Below, piece after piece: positions 8,854 to 18,665 of a stretch of 64,000 nucleotides of DNA. This DNA comes from Bacteroidales bacterium (GTDB lineage Bacteria; Bacteroidota; Bacteroidia; Bacteroidales; VadinHA17). The position numbers and the translations under genes were made by a program. A model generated the notes under the pieces. The model saw nothing but the letters and a program-made list of their open reading frames with translations, was not told the origin of the DNA and made no database searches. The stretch covers positions 2,227 through 66,226 of the forward strand of contig JBFYPG010000116.1 of NCBI GenBank assembly GCA_041303415.1. Reading direction: 5' to 3'. Positions within the stretch are counted from its first letter, which is position 1, and every line of letters starts with the position of its first letter.

Positions 8854-9819
8854 CTAAAGTATATATACTCCCTTGCCTGTTTCCTTTTCATATATCTCCT
8901 GCAACCAGGATCTTAATGGTTCATCAACCCTTATTACACTCATCACCCAGTTCGGAACGTTCCAAAGGTTTTCATATATCAGACTCTCCGTATGGTTCAG
9001 GTCAATGACTCTTTTCCCATGCGGAAGCTGGCAATGATGATGAAGCGGGTAGGCTGCTTTTTGAGAGAACCACTGAATCTGGCTTTTTTTTGCCTTCGCT
9101 GCCACCACGGCGCTTAAAACAGACTGATGGAGAAACAACCTGTGATTATCAGTAACGCATGCTTCTTTTTGAAAGTTACGGTCATAAACCAGAAGCAGGA
9201 AAAGTTTTTTCCACTCGGTAAAAATACCTGCCTCAGGGCGAATTGAGAAAACGGCGCTGTTAAGGTACATTCTTACCATTTGAGAATCTACCAGTGTTTC
9301 AACTTCAGGCACTTTCTTCGTTTTGAGTCCTGTATAATCAAATATTCTTTTCCAATAGGGATCAGCTTTACTATCTGCCGGTAAGCCGACATTATTCCTG
9401 AGATTTACGGGCCTGATGGCGATGATCTTATTCTTCTCCAGACAGAATTCAGAGGGTTCGTTAAGCACAAGAGCATCAACATCCATCCAGACTATGATTT
9501 CTGATTTTCCCTGCAGTAGTTCTTCAGCTCTGGCGCAAGCCAGTACCTTGTTCAGGAAAGGGTAGTCAGGCAGAGTGTCAGCGTCATCAAGAGGAACCAA
9601 TATTGCGTTCAGTGATTTTAAAGAATAGCAGGGAGTGCCGGAGGTATCGCTTACGAAAACATAAACGGGGCAGTCAGAGTATAAGCCCCCGAAATCACGA
9701 ATACTATTGATCAGAATATATGCCTGTTTTTCCTGAACTGGTGAGTTAACCAGCATAACAAATACCAGTTTCAGAAGGATATTATTCATAAATATTAAGG
9801 CCTGGAAGAACCTGTTCAA
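8854..9819 (-). CDS. Hypothetical protein with GT-A (GT8-like) motifs
   Basis: DxD (WMDVDALV), YLNSAVF and HQSVLS resemble the GT8 DxD, YFNSGV and DQ..LN motifs. Confidence 0.5.
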   Translation of the reverse strand: MNRFFQALIFMNNILLKLVFVMLVNSPVQEKQAYILINSIRDFGGLYSDCPVYVFVSDTSGTPCYSLKSLNAILVPLDDADTLPDYPFLNKVLACARAEELLQGKSEIIVWMDVDALVLNEPSEFCLEKNKIIAIRPVNLRNNVGLPADSKADPYWKRIFDYTGLKTKKVPEVETLVDSQMVRMYLNSAVFSIRPEAGIFTEWKKLFLLLVYDRNFQKEACVTDNHRLFLHQSVLSAVVAAKAKKSQIQWFSQKAAYPLHHHCQLPHGKRVIDLNHTESLIYENLWNVPNWVMSVIRVDEPLRSWLQEIYEKETGKGVYIL

Positions 9820-9841
9820 TTCACCCTGACCTGCATATTAT

Positions 9842-9849
9842 CAAATTTA
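9842..9849 (-). promoter_or_regulatory. Bacteroidota sigma70 -7 box (TAAATTTG)
   Basis: Exact TAnnTTTG 22 bp upstream of the 9819 start. Confidence 0.55.
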
Positions 9850-9951
9850 CTAAAATGACAGGATAATAATAAATTACAATCTCACAAAACGATCATATGA
9901 ATTGACAATTCATGGTTTTCAGATTATTCTTTAACTTTCCGGGAAAAAACA

Positions 9952-10368
9952 ATGAAATCATATCGTAAGGAACTCTGGTTTGAAACACCAACACGCCGTG
10001 CATTTGTCAATATAACCGGTCAGGTAGAGAGATGCCTGAATGATTCAGGTGTAAAGGAGGGGCTGATACTTGTAAACGCAATGCATATTACCGCATCAGT
10101 ATTCATAAATGATGATGAATCAGGACTGCATCACGATTTTGAGGTATGGCTCGAAAAACTGGCTCCTGAGAAACCGTATGATCAGTACCATCACAACGGG
10201 TTTGAAGATAATGCAGACGCTCATATAAAGCGAACTGTGATGGGCAGGGAGGTAATGGTGGCAGTTACAAACGGAAGGATGGATTTCGGTCCCTGGGAAC
10301 AAATCTTTTATGGCGAATTCGACGGTAAGCGCCGCAAGCGGGTGCTTGTGAAAATTATCGGGGAATAA
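9952..10368 (+). CDS. yjbQ: YjbQ family protein (UPF0047)
   Basis: [18 protein letters not shown] and [14 protein letters not shown] motifs. Confidence 0.93.
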   Translation: MKSYRKELWFETPTRRAFVNITGQVERCLNDSGVKEGLILVNAMHITASVFINDDESGLHHDFEVWLEKLAPEKPYDQYHHNGFEDNADAHIKRTVMGREVMVAVTNGRMDFGPWEQIFYGEFDGKRRKRVLVKIIGE

Positions 10369-10373
10369 AAAAA

Positions 10374-10465
10374 TTAACCACGGAAGTGTCACGGAGTTTA
10401 TTACGGAGTAACACTGTTTTAAAACCGTGAAACTCCGCTTTTCAACCGTGTAACTCTGTGGTTAA
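10374..10465. repeat. Palindromic (CACGGAG)n/(CTCCGTG)n element between convergent yjbQ and pgm
   Basis: Termini TTAACCACGGA and TCTGTGGTTAA are inverted (10/11); three internal ACGGA units are mirrored by CCGTG/CTCCG units. Confidence 0.75.
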
Positions 10466-10472
10466 TAATTAC

Positions 10473-12206
10473 CTAGGCCAGTTTCAAATCTCTGATTATC
10501 CCGTCTATCCTTTGGTCAAGCCGCTTTTCGGTCTCATCAAAGGCTGATACAGAATTAAGTGTACAATTTACACTAAAATAAAATTTGATCTTCGGCTCTG
10601 TACCGGAAGGCCTGACTGATATCTTTGATCCGTCCTCAAGGAAAAACTGGAGGACATCCGAATTTATGAGTTTAATCGGGGTCTTCTTTCCGGTAAGGAG
10701 ATCTGTTGACTCACGAGTCTCGTAATCGTTGATCCTGACAACCCTGCTGTTGTTTATGCTTTTGGGAGGATTATTCCTGAAGGCAACCATCATTGCTTTT
10801 ATCTCGCCTGCACCTTCAGCTCCCTTGCGAACAACATTAATGAGTTTTTCCCGGTAAAGTCCATACTCAAGATAAATATCAATGAGCATCTGGTAAAGGG
10901 TATTTCCCCTGCTTTTCGCCCATGCTGCAGCTTCTGCGATAAGAGCGCATGAACCAACAGCGTCCTTGTCTCTTACATAATCACCTGGCAGGAAGCCATA
11001 GCTCTCTTCACCACCGCCGATATATTTCTCTTTTCCTTCAAGATTCCTTATGAGCTCGGCAAAGAACTTGAAACCGGTGAGTACATTATAGCATTTTACC
11101 TTATACCTTTCAGCGATCCTGTCCATAAGGTCGGTTGTAACGATTGTCTTGATTATAAACTCATTCCCCCTGAATTTGTTCTTTTCCCTGAATTGCGACA
11201 GGATATAATAAATAAGAAGGACCCCTGTCTGGTTTCCGTTCAGCAGAACAAACTGCCCCTCCTTGTTTTTGCACGCGATCCCAAGCCTGTCTCCATCAGG
11301 GTCGGTGGCCATCACCAGGTCAGCATAGGTCTCAACAGCTTTCTGAATTGCAAGCTTCAGGGCGCCGGGCTCCTCAGGATTTGGCGATTTGACTGTCGGG
11401 AAGTTGCCGTCAGGCTTTTCCTGTTCAGGTACGCTGATAACCTTCTTAAAACCAAATAACCTGAGGGCTTCAGGTACAAGGGGAAACCCTGTGCCATGTA
11501 TTGGTGTAAATACAATTCCCATATCACTCGACCTGCTGATCACTTCAGGATTGATCCTCATTTTAAGAACTTCAGATAGGAATGCATCATCAGTCTCTTT
11601 GCCGATGATATGTATCTTCTCACTGTTGCCGTTAAATTTAATTTCGGTTACTGATTTAATGCTTCGCACCTCATTTATGACAGCCTCGTCGTGAGGAGCA
11701 ACAACCTGGCCCCCGTCGTCCCAGTATGCCTTGTAACCATTGTACTCCGGAGGATTATGAGAAGCTGTGATCACAATGCCGCTCTGGCATTTAAAATGTC
11801 TGATCGCGAATGAAAGCTCCGGAGTAGGTCGGAGCGATTCAAAAAGGTAGACGTCAAAGCCGTTAGCTGTGAAAATATCAGCAGCGCTTTCTGCAAACAA
11901 TCTGCTGTTGTTACGGCAATCATGCGCAATTGCTACCCGAATATCCTTTGTCCCGCATTTCTTAATAATGTAGTTAGAAAGTCCCTGGGTGGCCATTCCC
12001 ATAGTGTATATATTCATCCTGTTGGTGCCTGCGCCCATGATGCCCCTGAGTCCTCCGGTACCGAATTCAAGATCCTGGTAGAAAGCATCTGTCAGCTTCT
12101 TTTCGTCTTTTTCGAGCATTTCGCGGACCTCGTTGCGGGTCTCGTCATTGAACTCGCTTCCAAGCCAGGCCTGGGCTCTCTTTCTGATTTCGTCTGGTGA
12201 TATCAT
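10473..12206 (-). CDS. pgm: Phosphoglucomutase/phosphomannomutase
   Basis: FGTGG, TASHNP, DPDGDR, GGEES and RPSGTEPKIK motifs. Confidence 0.95.
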   Translation of the reverse strand: MISPDEIRKRAQAWLGSEFNDETRNEVREMLEKDEKKLTDAFYQDLEFGTGGLRGIMGAGTNRMNIYTMGMATQGLSNYIIKKCGTKDIRVAIAHDCRNNSRLFAESAADIFTANGFDVYLFESLRPTPELSFAIRHFKCQSGIVITASHNPPEYNGYKAYWDDGGQVVAPHDEAVINEVRSIKSVTEIKFNGNSEKIHIIGKETDDAFLSEVLKMRINPEVISRSSDMGIVFTPIHGTGFPLVPEALRLFGFKKVISVPEQEKPDGNFPTVKSPNPEEPGALKLAIQKAVETYADLVMATDPDGDRLGIACKNKEGQFVLLNGNQTGVLLIYYILSQFREKNKFRGNEFIIKTIVTTDLMDRIAERYKVKCYNVLTGFKFFAELIRNLEGKEKYIGGGEESYGFLPGDYVRDKDAVGSCALIAEAAAWAKSRGNTLYQMLIDIYLEYGLYREKLINVVRKGAEGAGEIKAMMVAFRNNPPKSINNSRVVRINDYETRESTDLLTGKKTPIKLINSDVLQFFLEDGSKISVRPSGTEPKIKFYFSVNCTLNSVSAFDETEKRLDQRIDGIIRDLKLA

Positions 12207-12218
12207 GTTATTGTCTAT

Positions 12219-12250
12219 TAGTCTTATAGTCTTATGGTCTTATAGTCTTT
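12219..12250. repeat. Tandem 8-mer (TAGTCTTA)x4
   Basis: tagtctta tagtctta tggtctta tagtcttt. Confidence 0.85.
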
Positions 12251-12326
12251 AAAACCCCCACCCCGGCCCTCCCCCAGGGGGGAGGGTGCTCTCCCTGCCC
12301 CCTTGGGGGAAGGTCAGGAAGGGGGT
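12251..12326. repeat. REP-like double-hairpin element, family A (CCCCCTTGGGGGAAGG..GGAAGGGGG)
   Basis: Two C-run/G-run hairpins; same ends as 29411..29540 (opposite orientation) and 35296..35378. Confidence 0.8.
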
Positions 12327-12331
12327 AGGTC

Positions 12332-13198
12332 TCATATTATTAGTTTAATACATCTTTTCAAACTGTCCCTCCAGTGAGGTATCTCAATATTATATGTCTC
12401 TTTAATTTTTGATTTATCCAGAACTGAATAGGAGGGTCTCTTTGCTGCAGAAGGATACTCGTTTGACAGTATCGGATATACCTTGCAGTTTAATCCGGCC
12501 TCTCGAACGGTTTCGAGAGCCAGGTCGTACCAGCTGCAAACGCCTTCATTTGAATAGTGGTATATTCCAGCTGTGAAAGCCATCCTGTTCCTTATAACAC
12601 CTGAAACAATGTTCAGGATTGCCTCTCCCAGATCGGCTGCATAAGTTGGCGCGCCGGCCTGATCGTATACAACTCTGAGCGTCTCTTTTTCTTTGCCTCT
12701 GGTCAGGATCGTTTTTACAAAGTTGGCTCCGTATGAAGAATATAGCCAGGATGTCCTGATGACCATCGTTCCGTTATGCAGGAGGGCCGCTCTTTCGCCC
12801 TCAAGCTTTGACCGTCCGTATGCTCCCTGCGGATTTGTAATGGCATCTTCTTTATAGGGTGTATTTGCTTCACCGTCAAAGACGTAGTCTGATGACAGAT
12901 GTATGAGCCTTGTCTCGGAGCCTCTGATTGCTTCTGCCAGGTTCTTCACAGCCTTTGAGTTAACAGTCATGGCCTTATCAGGCTCACTCTCAGCTTTATC
13001 CACATGATTGTAAGCAGCACAGTTGATGATCCAGTCAGGTGAATAGTCCTGAATAAATGACGCAGTTTTTTCAGTTGATGAGATATCAAGTGTATCTATA
13101 TCGGTGAAGATGAAGTCATAACCATAATAATTCTTTGAGGCAGCTCTTATTTCGCTGCCAAGCTGGCCATTTGCTCCGGTGACAAGTAATACTGCCAT
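12332..13198 (-). CDS. rfbD: dTDP-4-dehydrorhamnose reductase
   Basis: GANGQLG, INCAAY, SSDYVFDG and YGRSKLEGE motifs; start refined to ATG 13198. Confidence 0.95.
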   Translation of the reverse strand: MAVLLVTGANGQLGSEIRAASKNYYGYDFIFTDIDTLDISSTEKTASFIQDYSPDWIINCAAYNHVDKAESEPDKAMTVNSKAVKNLAEAIRGSETRLIHLSSDYVFDGEANTPYKEDAITNPQGAYGRSKLEGERAALLHNGTMVIRTSWLYSSYGANFVKTILTRGKEKETLRVVYDQAGAPTYAADLGEAILNIVSGVIRNRMAFTAGIYHYSNEGVCSWYDLALETVREAGLNCKVYPILSNEYPSAAKRPSYSVLDKSKIKETYNIEIPHWRDSLKRCIKLII

Positions 13199-13214
13199 TT
13201 TCTTCAATTCGGAT

Positions 13215-13763
13215 TCAGAAATTCTTTTCAGCTTTTGCAAATGAGGGATTTTTCCTGTCCTTGTCGCTGATGACAGGTTCAATGTTCTTTAATTTCCAGT
13301 CTATTCCAAGATCCGGGTCATTAAGAGCTATTCCTCTCTCTGCAAGTTTGTTATATACACTGTCAACCTTATATTGTATTACAGCAATATCGCTTATAAC
13401 GGAAAACCCGTGAGCAAATCCTTTTGGTATGAAAAGCTGGTGTTTACTCCCGGAGTCGAGATCTGTGCCGAACCATTTGCCGTAAGTGGAGGAATTCTTT
13501 CTCAGGTCGAGTGCAACATCAAAGATACGTCCTTCCACAACCCTGATCAGCTTAGCCTGGTCATACGGCCTCAGCTGGTAGTGCAGTCCGCGTATTACAC
13601 CTATGGAAGACCTGGATTCATTATCCTGCACAGGCATAAAGTCAATTCCGGATTTCATGTAATTCTCCTGGTTATAGCTTTCAAAAAAGTAGCCCCGCTG
13701 ATCAGAATATACTGTTGGTTTGATAACGTACAATCCCTCAAAACCGGTTTTTATGATTTCCAT
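13215..13763 (-). CDS. rfbC: dTDP-4-dehydrorhamnose 3,5-epimerase
   Basis: DQRGYFFES, RGLHYQ and PKGFAHGF motifs; start refined to ATG 13763. Confidence 0.96.
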   Translation of the reverse strand: MEIIKTGFEGLYVIKPTVYSDQRGYFFESYNQENYMKSGIDFMPVQDNESRSSIGVIRGLHYQLRPYDQAKLIRVVEGRIFDVALDLRKNSSTYGKWFGTDLDSGSKHQLFIPKGFAHGFSVISDIAVIQYKVDSVYNKLAERGIALNDPDLGIDWKLKNIEPVISDKDRKNPSFAKAEKNF

Positions 13764-13785
13764 CTTTACTCTGATAATAATTCTG

Positions 13786-14673
13786 TCAACCTTCAAAAAT
13801 ATTAATTTCCTCTGACGCTATCCTGAGGAGGTATTTACCATACTGGCTCTTTTTTACAGGTTCTGCCAGGGCTTTGAGCTGGTCCCTGCTGATAAATCCT
13901 CTCTTGAAGGCGATCTCCTCGATGCACGATGCCTTCAGCCCCTGCCTCTGTTCAAGGGTTGCAATGAAGTTTGCTGCCTGCAGGAGGCTCTCATAGGTGC
14001 CGGTGTCGAGCCAGGCCATGCCTCTTCCCATTAGCTTTACCTCAAGAGATCCTTCCGCAAGATAGAGCCTGTTTATGTCGGTTATCTCAAGTTCGCCGCG
14101 GGCTGAAGGTTTCAGCGATTTTGCTTTTGCTGAAACGGTATTATCGAAGAAGTACAATCCTGTGACAGCGTAGTTTGACCTTGGCTTTAACGGCTTCTCC
14201 TCGAGGCTTACAGCTTTACGGTTTTTGTCAAACTCAACAACGCCATACCTTTCCGGATCATTAACGTAATATCCGAATACGCAGGCGCCCTTTTTAAGTT
14301 CAGCTGTTTTCAGAAGCACATCACCAAAACCATGACCATAGAAGATATTGTCGCCGAGGATCATGCAGACAGTATCGGATCCGATGAATTTTTCTCCAAT
14401 AATAAATGCCTGTGCAAGACCGTCAGGCGATGGTTGTTCAATATAGCTGAACCTTATCCCCAGGGGTGAACCGTCGCCAAGGAGGCTGCGAAATCCCGGA
14501 AGATCACGCGGAGTTGAGATAATGAGTATATCCCTTATGCCTGCCAGCATCAGCACAGATAACGGATAATAGATCATCGGTTTATCATATACCGGGAGCA
14601 TCTGCTTCGATATAGCACTGGTTATCGGGTAAAGTCTTGTTCCCGAGCCGCCTGCAAGAATTATTCCTTTCAT
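13786..14673 (-). CDS. rfbA: Glucose-1-phosphate thymidylyltransferase
   Basis: [20 protein letters not shown] and WLDTGT motifs. Confidence 0.97.
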   Translation of the reverse strand: MKGIILAGGSGTRLYPITSAISKQMLPVYDKPMIYYPLSVLMLAGIRDILIISTPRDLPGFRSLLGDGSPLGIRFSYIEQPSPDGLAQAFIIGEKFIGSDTVCMILGDNIFYGHGFGDVLLKTAELKKGACVFGYYVNDPERYGVVEFDKNRKAVSLEEKPLKPRSNYAVTGLYFFDNTVSAKAKSLKPSARGELEITDINRLYLAEGSLEVKLMGRGMAWLDTGTYESLLQAANFIATLEQRQGLKASCIEEIAFKRGFISRDQLKALAEPVKKSQYGKYLLRIASEEINIFEG

Positions 14674-14690
14674 AATATTCTACTTTTATC

Positions 14691-14806
14691 AACCCCCCAA
14701 CCCCCACTTCGTCCCGAGACTCGGGACTCAGTGCGAGCTCTGAAGGGGGGCTATAAACCCATTGAGGTAAGTGGGTTTTAACCCCCCTTTAGGGGGCGGG
14801 GGGTCA
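14691..14806. repeat. REP-like element, family B (CCCCC-TGAAGGGGG...CCCCCTT-AGGGGG), carrying a 34-bp internal insert
   Basis: Aligns to 47991..48078 except for 14706..14739, which contains the hairpin GTCCCGAG-AC-TCGGGAC. Confidence 0.8.
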
Positions 14807-16120
14807 TTTTCTCCCTATTCCAAAATATTTAAATCCCATCTTCTTAATGAGTTCCGGATCGTAAATATTTCGTCCGTCAAATATTGCCCTGCCTTTCATG
14901 AGCTTCGCCATTCTTCTGAAGTCGGGCAGGTGGAACTCCGACCATTCGGTCATCAGCGCCATTGCATCAACCCCTTTCAGGGCTTCGTAAGGATCAGAGG
15001 CAAAGGAGATCTTCCTGCCAAGCTTCTTCTTTGCTTCATTCATGGCAGCCGGATCGTATGCTTTCACCTCCGCTCCCTCGCCGAGAAGCTTTTCGATAAG
15101 ATAAACTGATGAGGATTCTCTTATATCATCGGTCTTCGGCTTGAATGACAATCCCCATATCCCGATAGTCTTGTTTTCGATCCTGCCGCCGAAATATTTA
15201 TGTATCTTATTGAATATCACATTTTTCTGATACTGATTTGCCTGCTCAACTGCTTTTATGACCTTAAGCTCATATCCGTTCTCGTTTGCTGTTTTAATGA
15301 TAGCCTTAACATCTTTAGGGAAGCATGATCAACCGTAGCCGGAAACGGGGTAAAGGAATTTGCCTCCGATCCTTGAGTCAGCTCCGATGCCTTTTCTTAC
15401 CTGGTTGATGTCGGCGCCAAGGATATCGCAGAGGTTTGCTATTTCGTTTATGAAGCTTATCCTTGTTGCAAGCATCGCATTGGCTGCATATTTGGTTATC
15501 TCTGCCGACAGAATATCCATGAAAATTATCGGGTGGTTGTTCAGAACAAAGGGCATGTAGAGGCGTTTCATTATGCCGCCTGTCTTTTCATTGTCAATGC
15601 CGATGACTATTCTTTCAGGTCTTAGAAAATCTTCAACAGCAGCGCCCTCCTTAAGGAATTCAGGGTTGGATGCCATATCGAAAGCTATCCTGAGTTTCCG
15701 TTCAGCAAGCTGTTCCTTAATGACTTTCCTGATCTTCACTGATGTGCCGGCAGGAACAGTGCTTTTTGTGACAATAACAAGATAACCGGATATCAAAGCT
15801 CCAATCTCCCTTGCCACTGAGAGAACATGGCTCAGGTCGGCGCTTCCGTCTTCTCCCGGAGGGGTTCCCACAGCTATAAATACAACCTCGGAACCGGCGA
15901 GGGCATCCCTGAGCCTGGTGGTAAATAAAAGTCTTTTTTTACCGACATTCCTGCGGATCATATCTTCAAGTCCCGGTTCATAGATTGGCACAGAGCCTTC
16001 CTGGAGCGCTTTTATCTTTTCCTTGTCATTATCCACACAGGTTACATCGACCCCGCTTTCAGCAAAACATGTACCGGTGACCAGTCCGACATATCCTGTT
16101 CCGACGACGGCAATTTTCAT
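14804..16120 (-). pseudogene. ugd: UDP-glucose 6-dehydrogenase interrupted by an in-frame TGA at 15329..15331
   Basis: ATG 16120 gives MKIAVVGTGYVG. The sequence FLYPVSGYG*SCFPKDVKA continues in the same frame to 14804; the consensus is GYGGSCFPKD. Confidence 0.85.
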
Positions 16121-16153
16121 AAAGGAGATTTCTTGTTTAATTTTGGTAATATG

Positions 16154-16161
16154 CAAAGATA
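16154..16161 (-). promoter_or_regulatory. -7 box (TATCTTTG) for ugd-rfb
   Basis: TAnnTTTG 33 bp upstream of the ugd ATG. Confidence 0.6.
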
Positions 16162-16175
16162 ATATAAGATATGAT

Positions 16176-16352
16176 AAAACCCCCCAACCCCCCATCATGG
16201 CAGCATGTACCCACCCCCAATCCCCTTCATTGGATCACATGTACCCACCCCCCGACCCCCTCCCTGCTTCGTAAGGAGGAGGCGTAATCCGTTGTATATC
16301 AGTAATCTCCCCCTCCTTGCGAAGCAGGGAGGGGGATTAAGGGGGTGGGTAC
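16176..16352. repeat. REP-like element, family C, GTAC-terminated, with extra partial left ends
   Basis: GTACCCACCCCC..CCCCTCCCTGCTTCGTAAGGAGG ... CCCCTCCTTGCGAAGCAGGGAGGGG..GGGGGTGGGTAC; two additional truncated left ends upstream. Confidence 0.8.
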
Positions 16353-16443
16353 GTGTTGTTCTGGAGGGAGTGAGTACGTATTGTGGGGAATGTAAACCTC
16401 CTGAAAATCTTCCATTTATTTTAAAATATTTCAAATATATGGC

Positions 16444-16451
16444 TATCTTTG
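16444..16451 (+). promoter_or_regulatory. -7 box (TATCTTTG) for rpsA
   Basis: TAnnTTTG about 60 bp upstream of rpsA. Confidence 0.6.
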
Positions 16452-16512
16452 CACACTATTTTTTCAATATAATGTCTAACTTATTAATTATTAGTTCTTT
16501 TAAATTTAAATT

Positions 16513-18627
16513 ATGACTGAAAGCAAAAAGAAGACGACCAGGAAAGAGGTTGTCGAAAAAGAAGATGATGTTGTAAAACCTGTTAAAAAAGCAAAGGTTA
16601 AGGAAACAAAGGAAAAAATTATTGAACAGGCTTTTGAAGAGGAGGTAATTCCTGTTGAGGAAGAAGATGCTGCAAAGGCAAAAGCTCCGCAGAAAGCCGA
16701 AGAGAGTGCCAAAGCACCGGAACCTGAAACCGGGGAACCGGTAAAAGCTGAATTTAAAGAGGTTTCAGAGGAACCAAAGAAAGAAAAAAAGCCAAGGAAG
16801 GCAAAGTCCGGAACGGATGCTGAGTTAAGCATTGAGTCTGGTTCGAGGCATACGGTTAATGAATTTGACTGGGAGAGCTTTGAAAGCGAGGAAAAGAAAT
16901 CGTCTCCCAGGTACAAGGAATACGAAGCGCTCTATGATGAAACCCTTTCAACCGTCGCGGTTGATGAGGTGGTCCACGGAACAGTGATCCAGATGACTCC
17001 CCGCGAAGTCGTCATCAACATCGGATACAAATCAGAAGGTGTTGTGAGCCTTAATGAATTCCGGTACAACCCGAACCTGAAGGTCGGCGACACCGTTGAA
17101 GTGTACGTTGAGAGCCAGGAAGACAAGAAAGGACAGCTTCTCCTTTCGCACAAGAAGGCCCGCGCAATCAATTCATGGGACAGGGTTAATGCATCTCTTG
17201 AAAAGGATGAGATCATTACAGGCTACATCAAGTGCCGCACGAAAGGCGGAATGATTGTCGACGTTTTCGGCATCGAGGCATTTCTCCCGGGATCACAGAT
17301 AGATGTGAAACCTATACGCGACTACGATGTTTTCGTTGGCAAAACGATGGAATTCAAAGTGGTAAAGATCAACCAGGAATTCAAGAACGTGGTCGTTTCC
17401 CATAAAGCCCTTATTGAAGCTGAACTTGAACAGCAGAAGAAGGAGATCATCGCAAAACTTGAAAAAGGACAGGTTCTGGAAGGAACCGTTAAGAATATTA
17501 CATCATATGGTGTCTTCATCGACCTTGGAGGCGTTGACGGACTTATCCATATAACCGATCTTTCCTGGGGAAGAGTCAATCATCCCGAGGAGATCGTGCA
17601 GCTTGACCAGAAACTGAATGTCGTTATCCTCGATTTTGATGATGACAAGAAAAGGATAGCACTCGGACTCAAGCAGCTTACTTCTCATCCGTGGGATTCG
17701 GTTGACCCGAACCTCAAGGTGGGCGACAAGGTTAAAGGTAAAGTCGTTGTCATGGCCGATTATGGTGCATTCGTTGAGATTGCCACTGGCGTTGAAGGAC
17801 TTATCCACGTCTCCGAGATGTCATGGTCGCAGCACCTTCGCAGCGCCCAGGAGTTCATGAAAGTGAGCGACGAGGTTGAAGCAGTGATACTTACACTCGA
17901 CAGGACCGAAAGGAAAATGTCGCTCGGAATCAAACAGCTTAAACCCGACCCATGGCAGAATATCGATGAAAAATATACTGTCGGATCGAAGCATACTGCC
18001 AAAGTCAGAAACTTTACAAACTTCGGCGTTTTTGTTGAAATCGAAGAAGGCGTTGACGGCCTTATTCATATCTCAGATCTTTCATGGACGAAAAAGATCA
18101 AGCATCCTGCAGAATTCACAGCTATTGATGCTGAGATTGAAGTTGTTGTCCTTGAGATAGATAAGGAAAACAGGAGGCTCAGCCTCGGTCATAAACAGCT
18201 CGAGGAAAATCCGTGGGATGTCTTTGAAAAACTCTTTACCGTTGATTCAGTGCATGAAGGAACGGTGATGGAAGTGTTTGATAAAGGTGCTGTTATAGCT
18301 CTTCCGTATGGAGTTGAAGGATTTGCCACGCCGAAACATCTGGTGAAGGAAGACGGGCTGATGGTGAAAGTTGATGAGAAGCTGATGTTCAAGGTAATTG
18401 AATTCAACAAATCAGCTAAAAAGATCATTGTTTCCCACAGCAGGACCTTTGAGGATGAGAAGAAATCTGCCGAGGCTCCCGCAAGGAAGCAAGATGCTGA
18501 AAAGCCGAAGAAATCACCGAGAAAAGCGAAATCAGGTGCAGAGAAAACAACTCTTGGAGATATAACTCAGCTTGCAGCTTTGAAAGAAGAAATGGAAGAA
18601 AAACAAAATAAAGCTTCAAAAGAATAG
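16513..18627 (+). CDS. rpsA: 30S ribosomal protein S1 with long charged N-terminal extension
   Basis: Six S1/OB repeats (GVDGLIHITDLSW, GVEGLIHVSEMSW and others) and a C-terminal KTTLGDI motif. Confidence 0.97.
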   Translation: MTESKKKTTRKEVVEKEDDVVKPVKKAKVKETKEKIIEQAFEEEVIPVEEEDAAKAKAPQKAEESAKAPEPETGEPVKAEFKEVSEEPKKEKKPRKAKSGTDAELSIESGSRHTVNEFDWESFESEEKKSSPRYKEYEALYDETLSTVAVDEVVHGTVIQMTPREVVINIGYKSEGVVSLNEFRYNPNLKVGDTVEVYVESQEDKKGQLLLSHKKARAINSWDRVNASLEKDEIITGYIKCRTKGGMIVDVFGIEAFLPGSQIDVKPIRDYDVFVGKTMEFKVVKINQEFKNVVVSHKALIEAELEQQKKEIIAKLEKGQVLEGTVKNITSYGVFIDLGGVDGLIHITDLSWGRVNHPEEIVQLDQKLNVVILDFDDDKKRIALGLKQLTSHPWDSVDPNLKVGDKVKGKVVVMADYGAFVEIATGVEGLIHVSEMSWSQHLRSAQEFMKVSDEVEAVILTLDRTERKMSLGIKQLKPDPWQNIDEKYTVGSKHTAKVRNFTNFGVFVEIEEGVDGLIHISDLSWTKKIKHPAEFTAIDAEIEVVVLEIDKENRRLSLGHKQLEENPWDVFEKLFTVDSVHEGTVMEVFDKGAVIALPYGVEGFATPKHLVKEDGLMVKVDEKLMFKVIEFNKSAKKIIVSHSRTFEDEKKSAEAPARKQDAEKPKKSPRKAKSGAEKTTLGDITQLAALKEEMEEKQNKASKE

Positions 18628-18665
18628 AAATATTTCCTAAATTAGGAGTGTAAAAATTTAATATT

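Noticed and set aside
1-9819. Integron cassette array
   Set aside because: Genes are co-oriented, but I found no RYYYAAC...GTTRRRY attC pairs at gene ends and no integrase.
15329-15331. UGA recoding (Gly as in genetic code 25, or selenocysteine) in ugd
   Set aside because: TGA is the evident true stop of rfbD, both STAS genes, the ECF sigma and ugd itself. The position aligns to Gly, not the catalytic Cys. No SECIS-like hairpin is apparent.
16195-16516. ORFs 16195..16434 (-) and 16205..16516 (+)
   Set aside because: Pro/Gly-rich translations of the family C repeat lying across two promoters.
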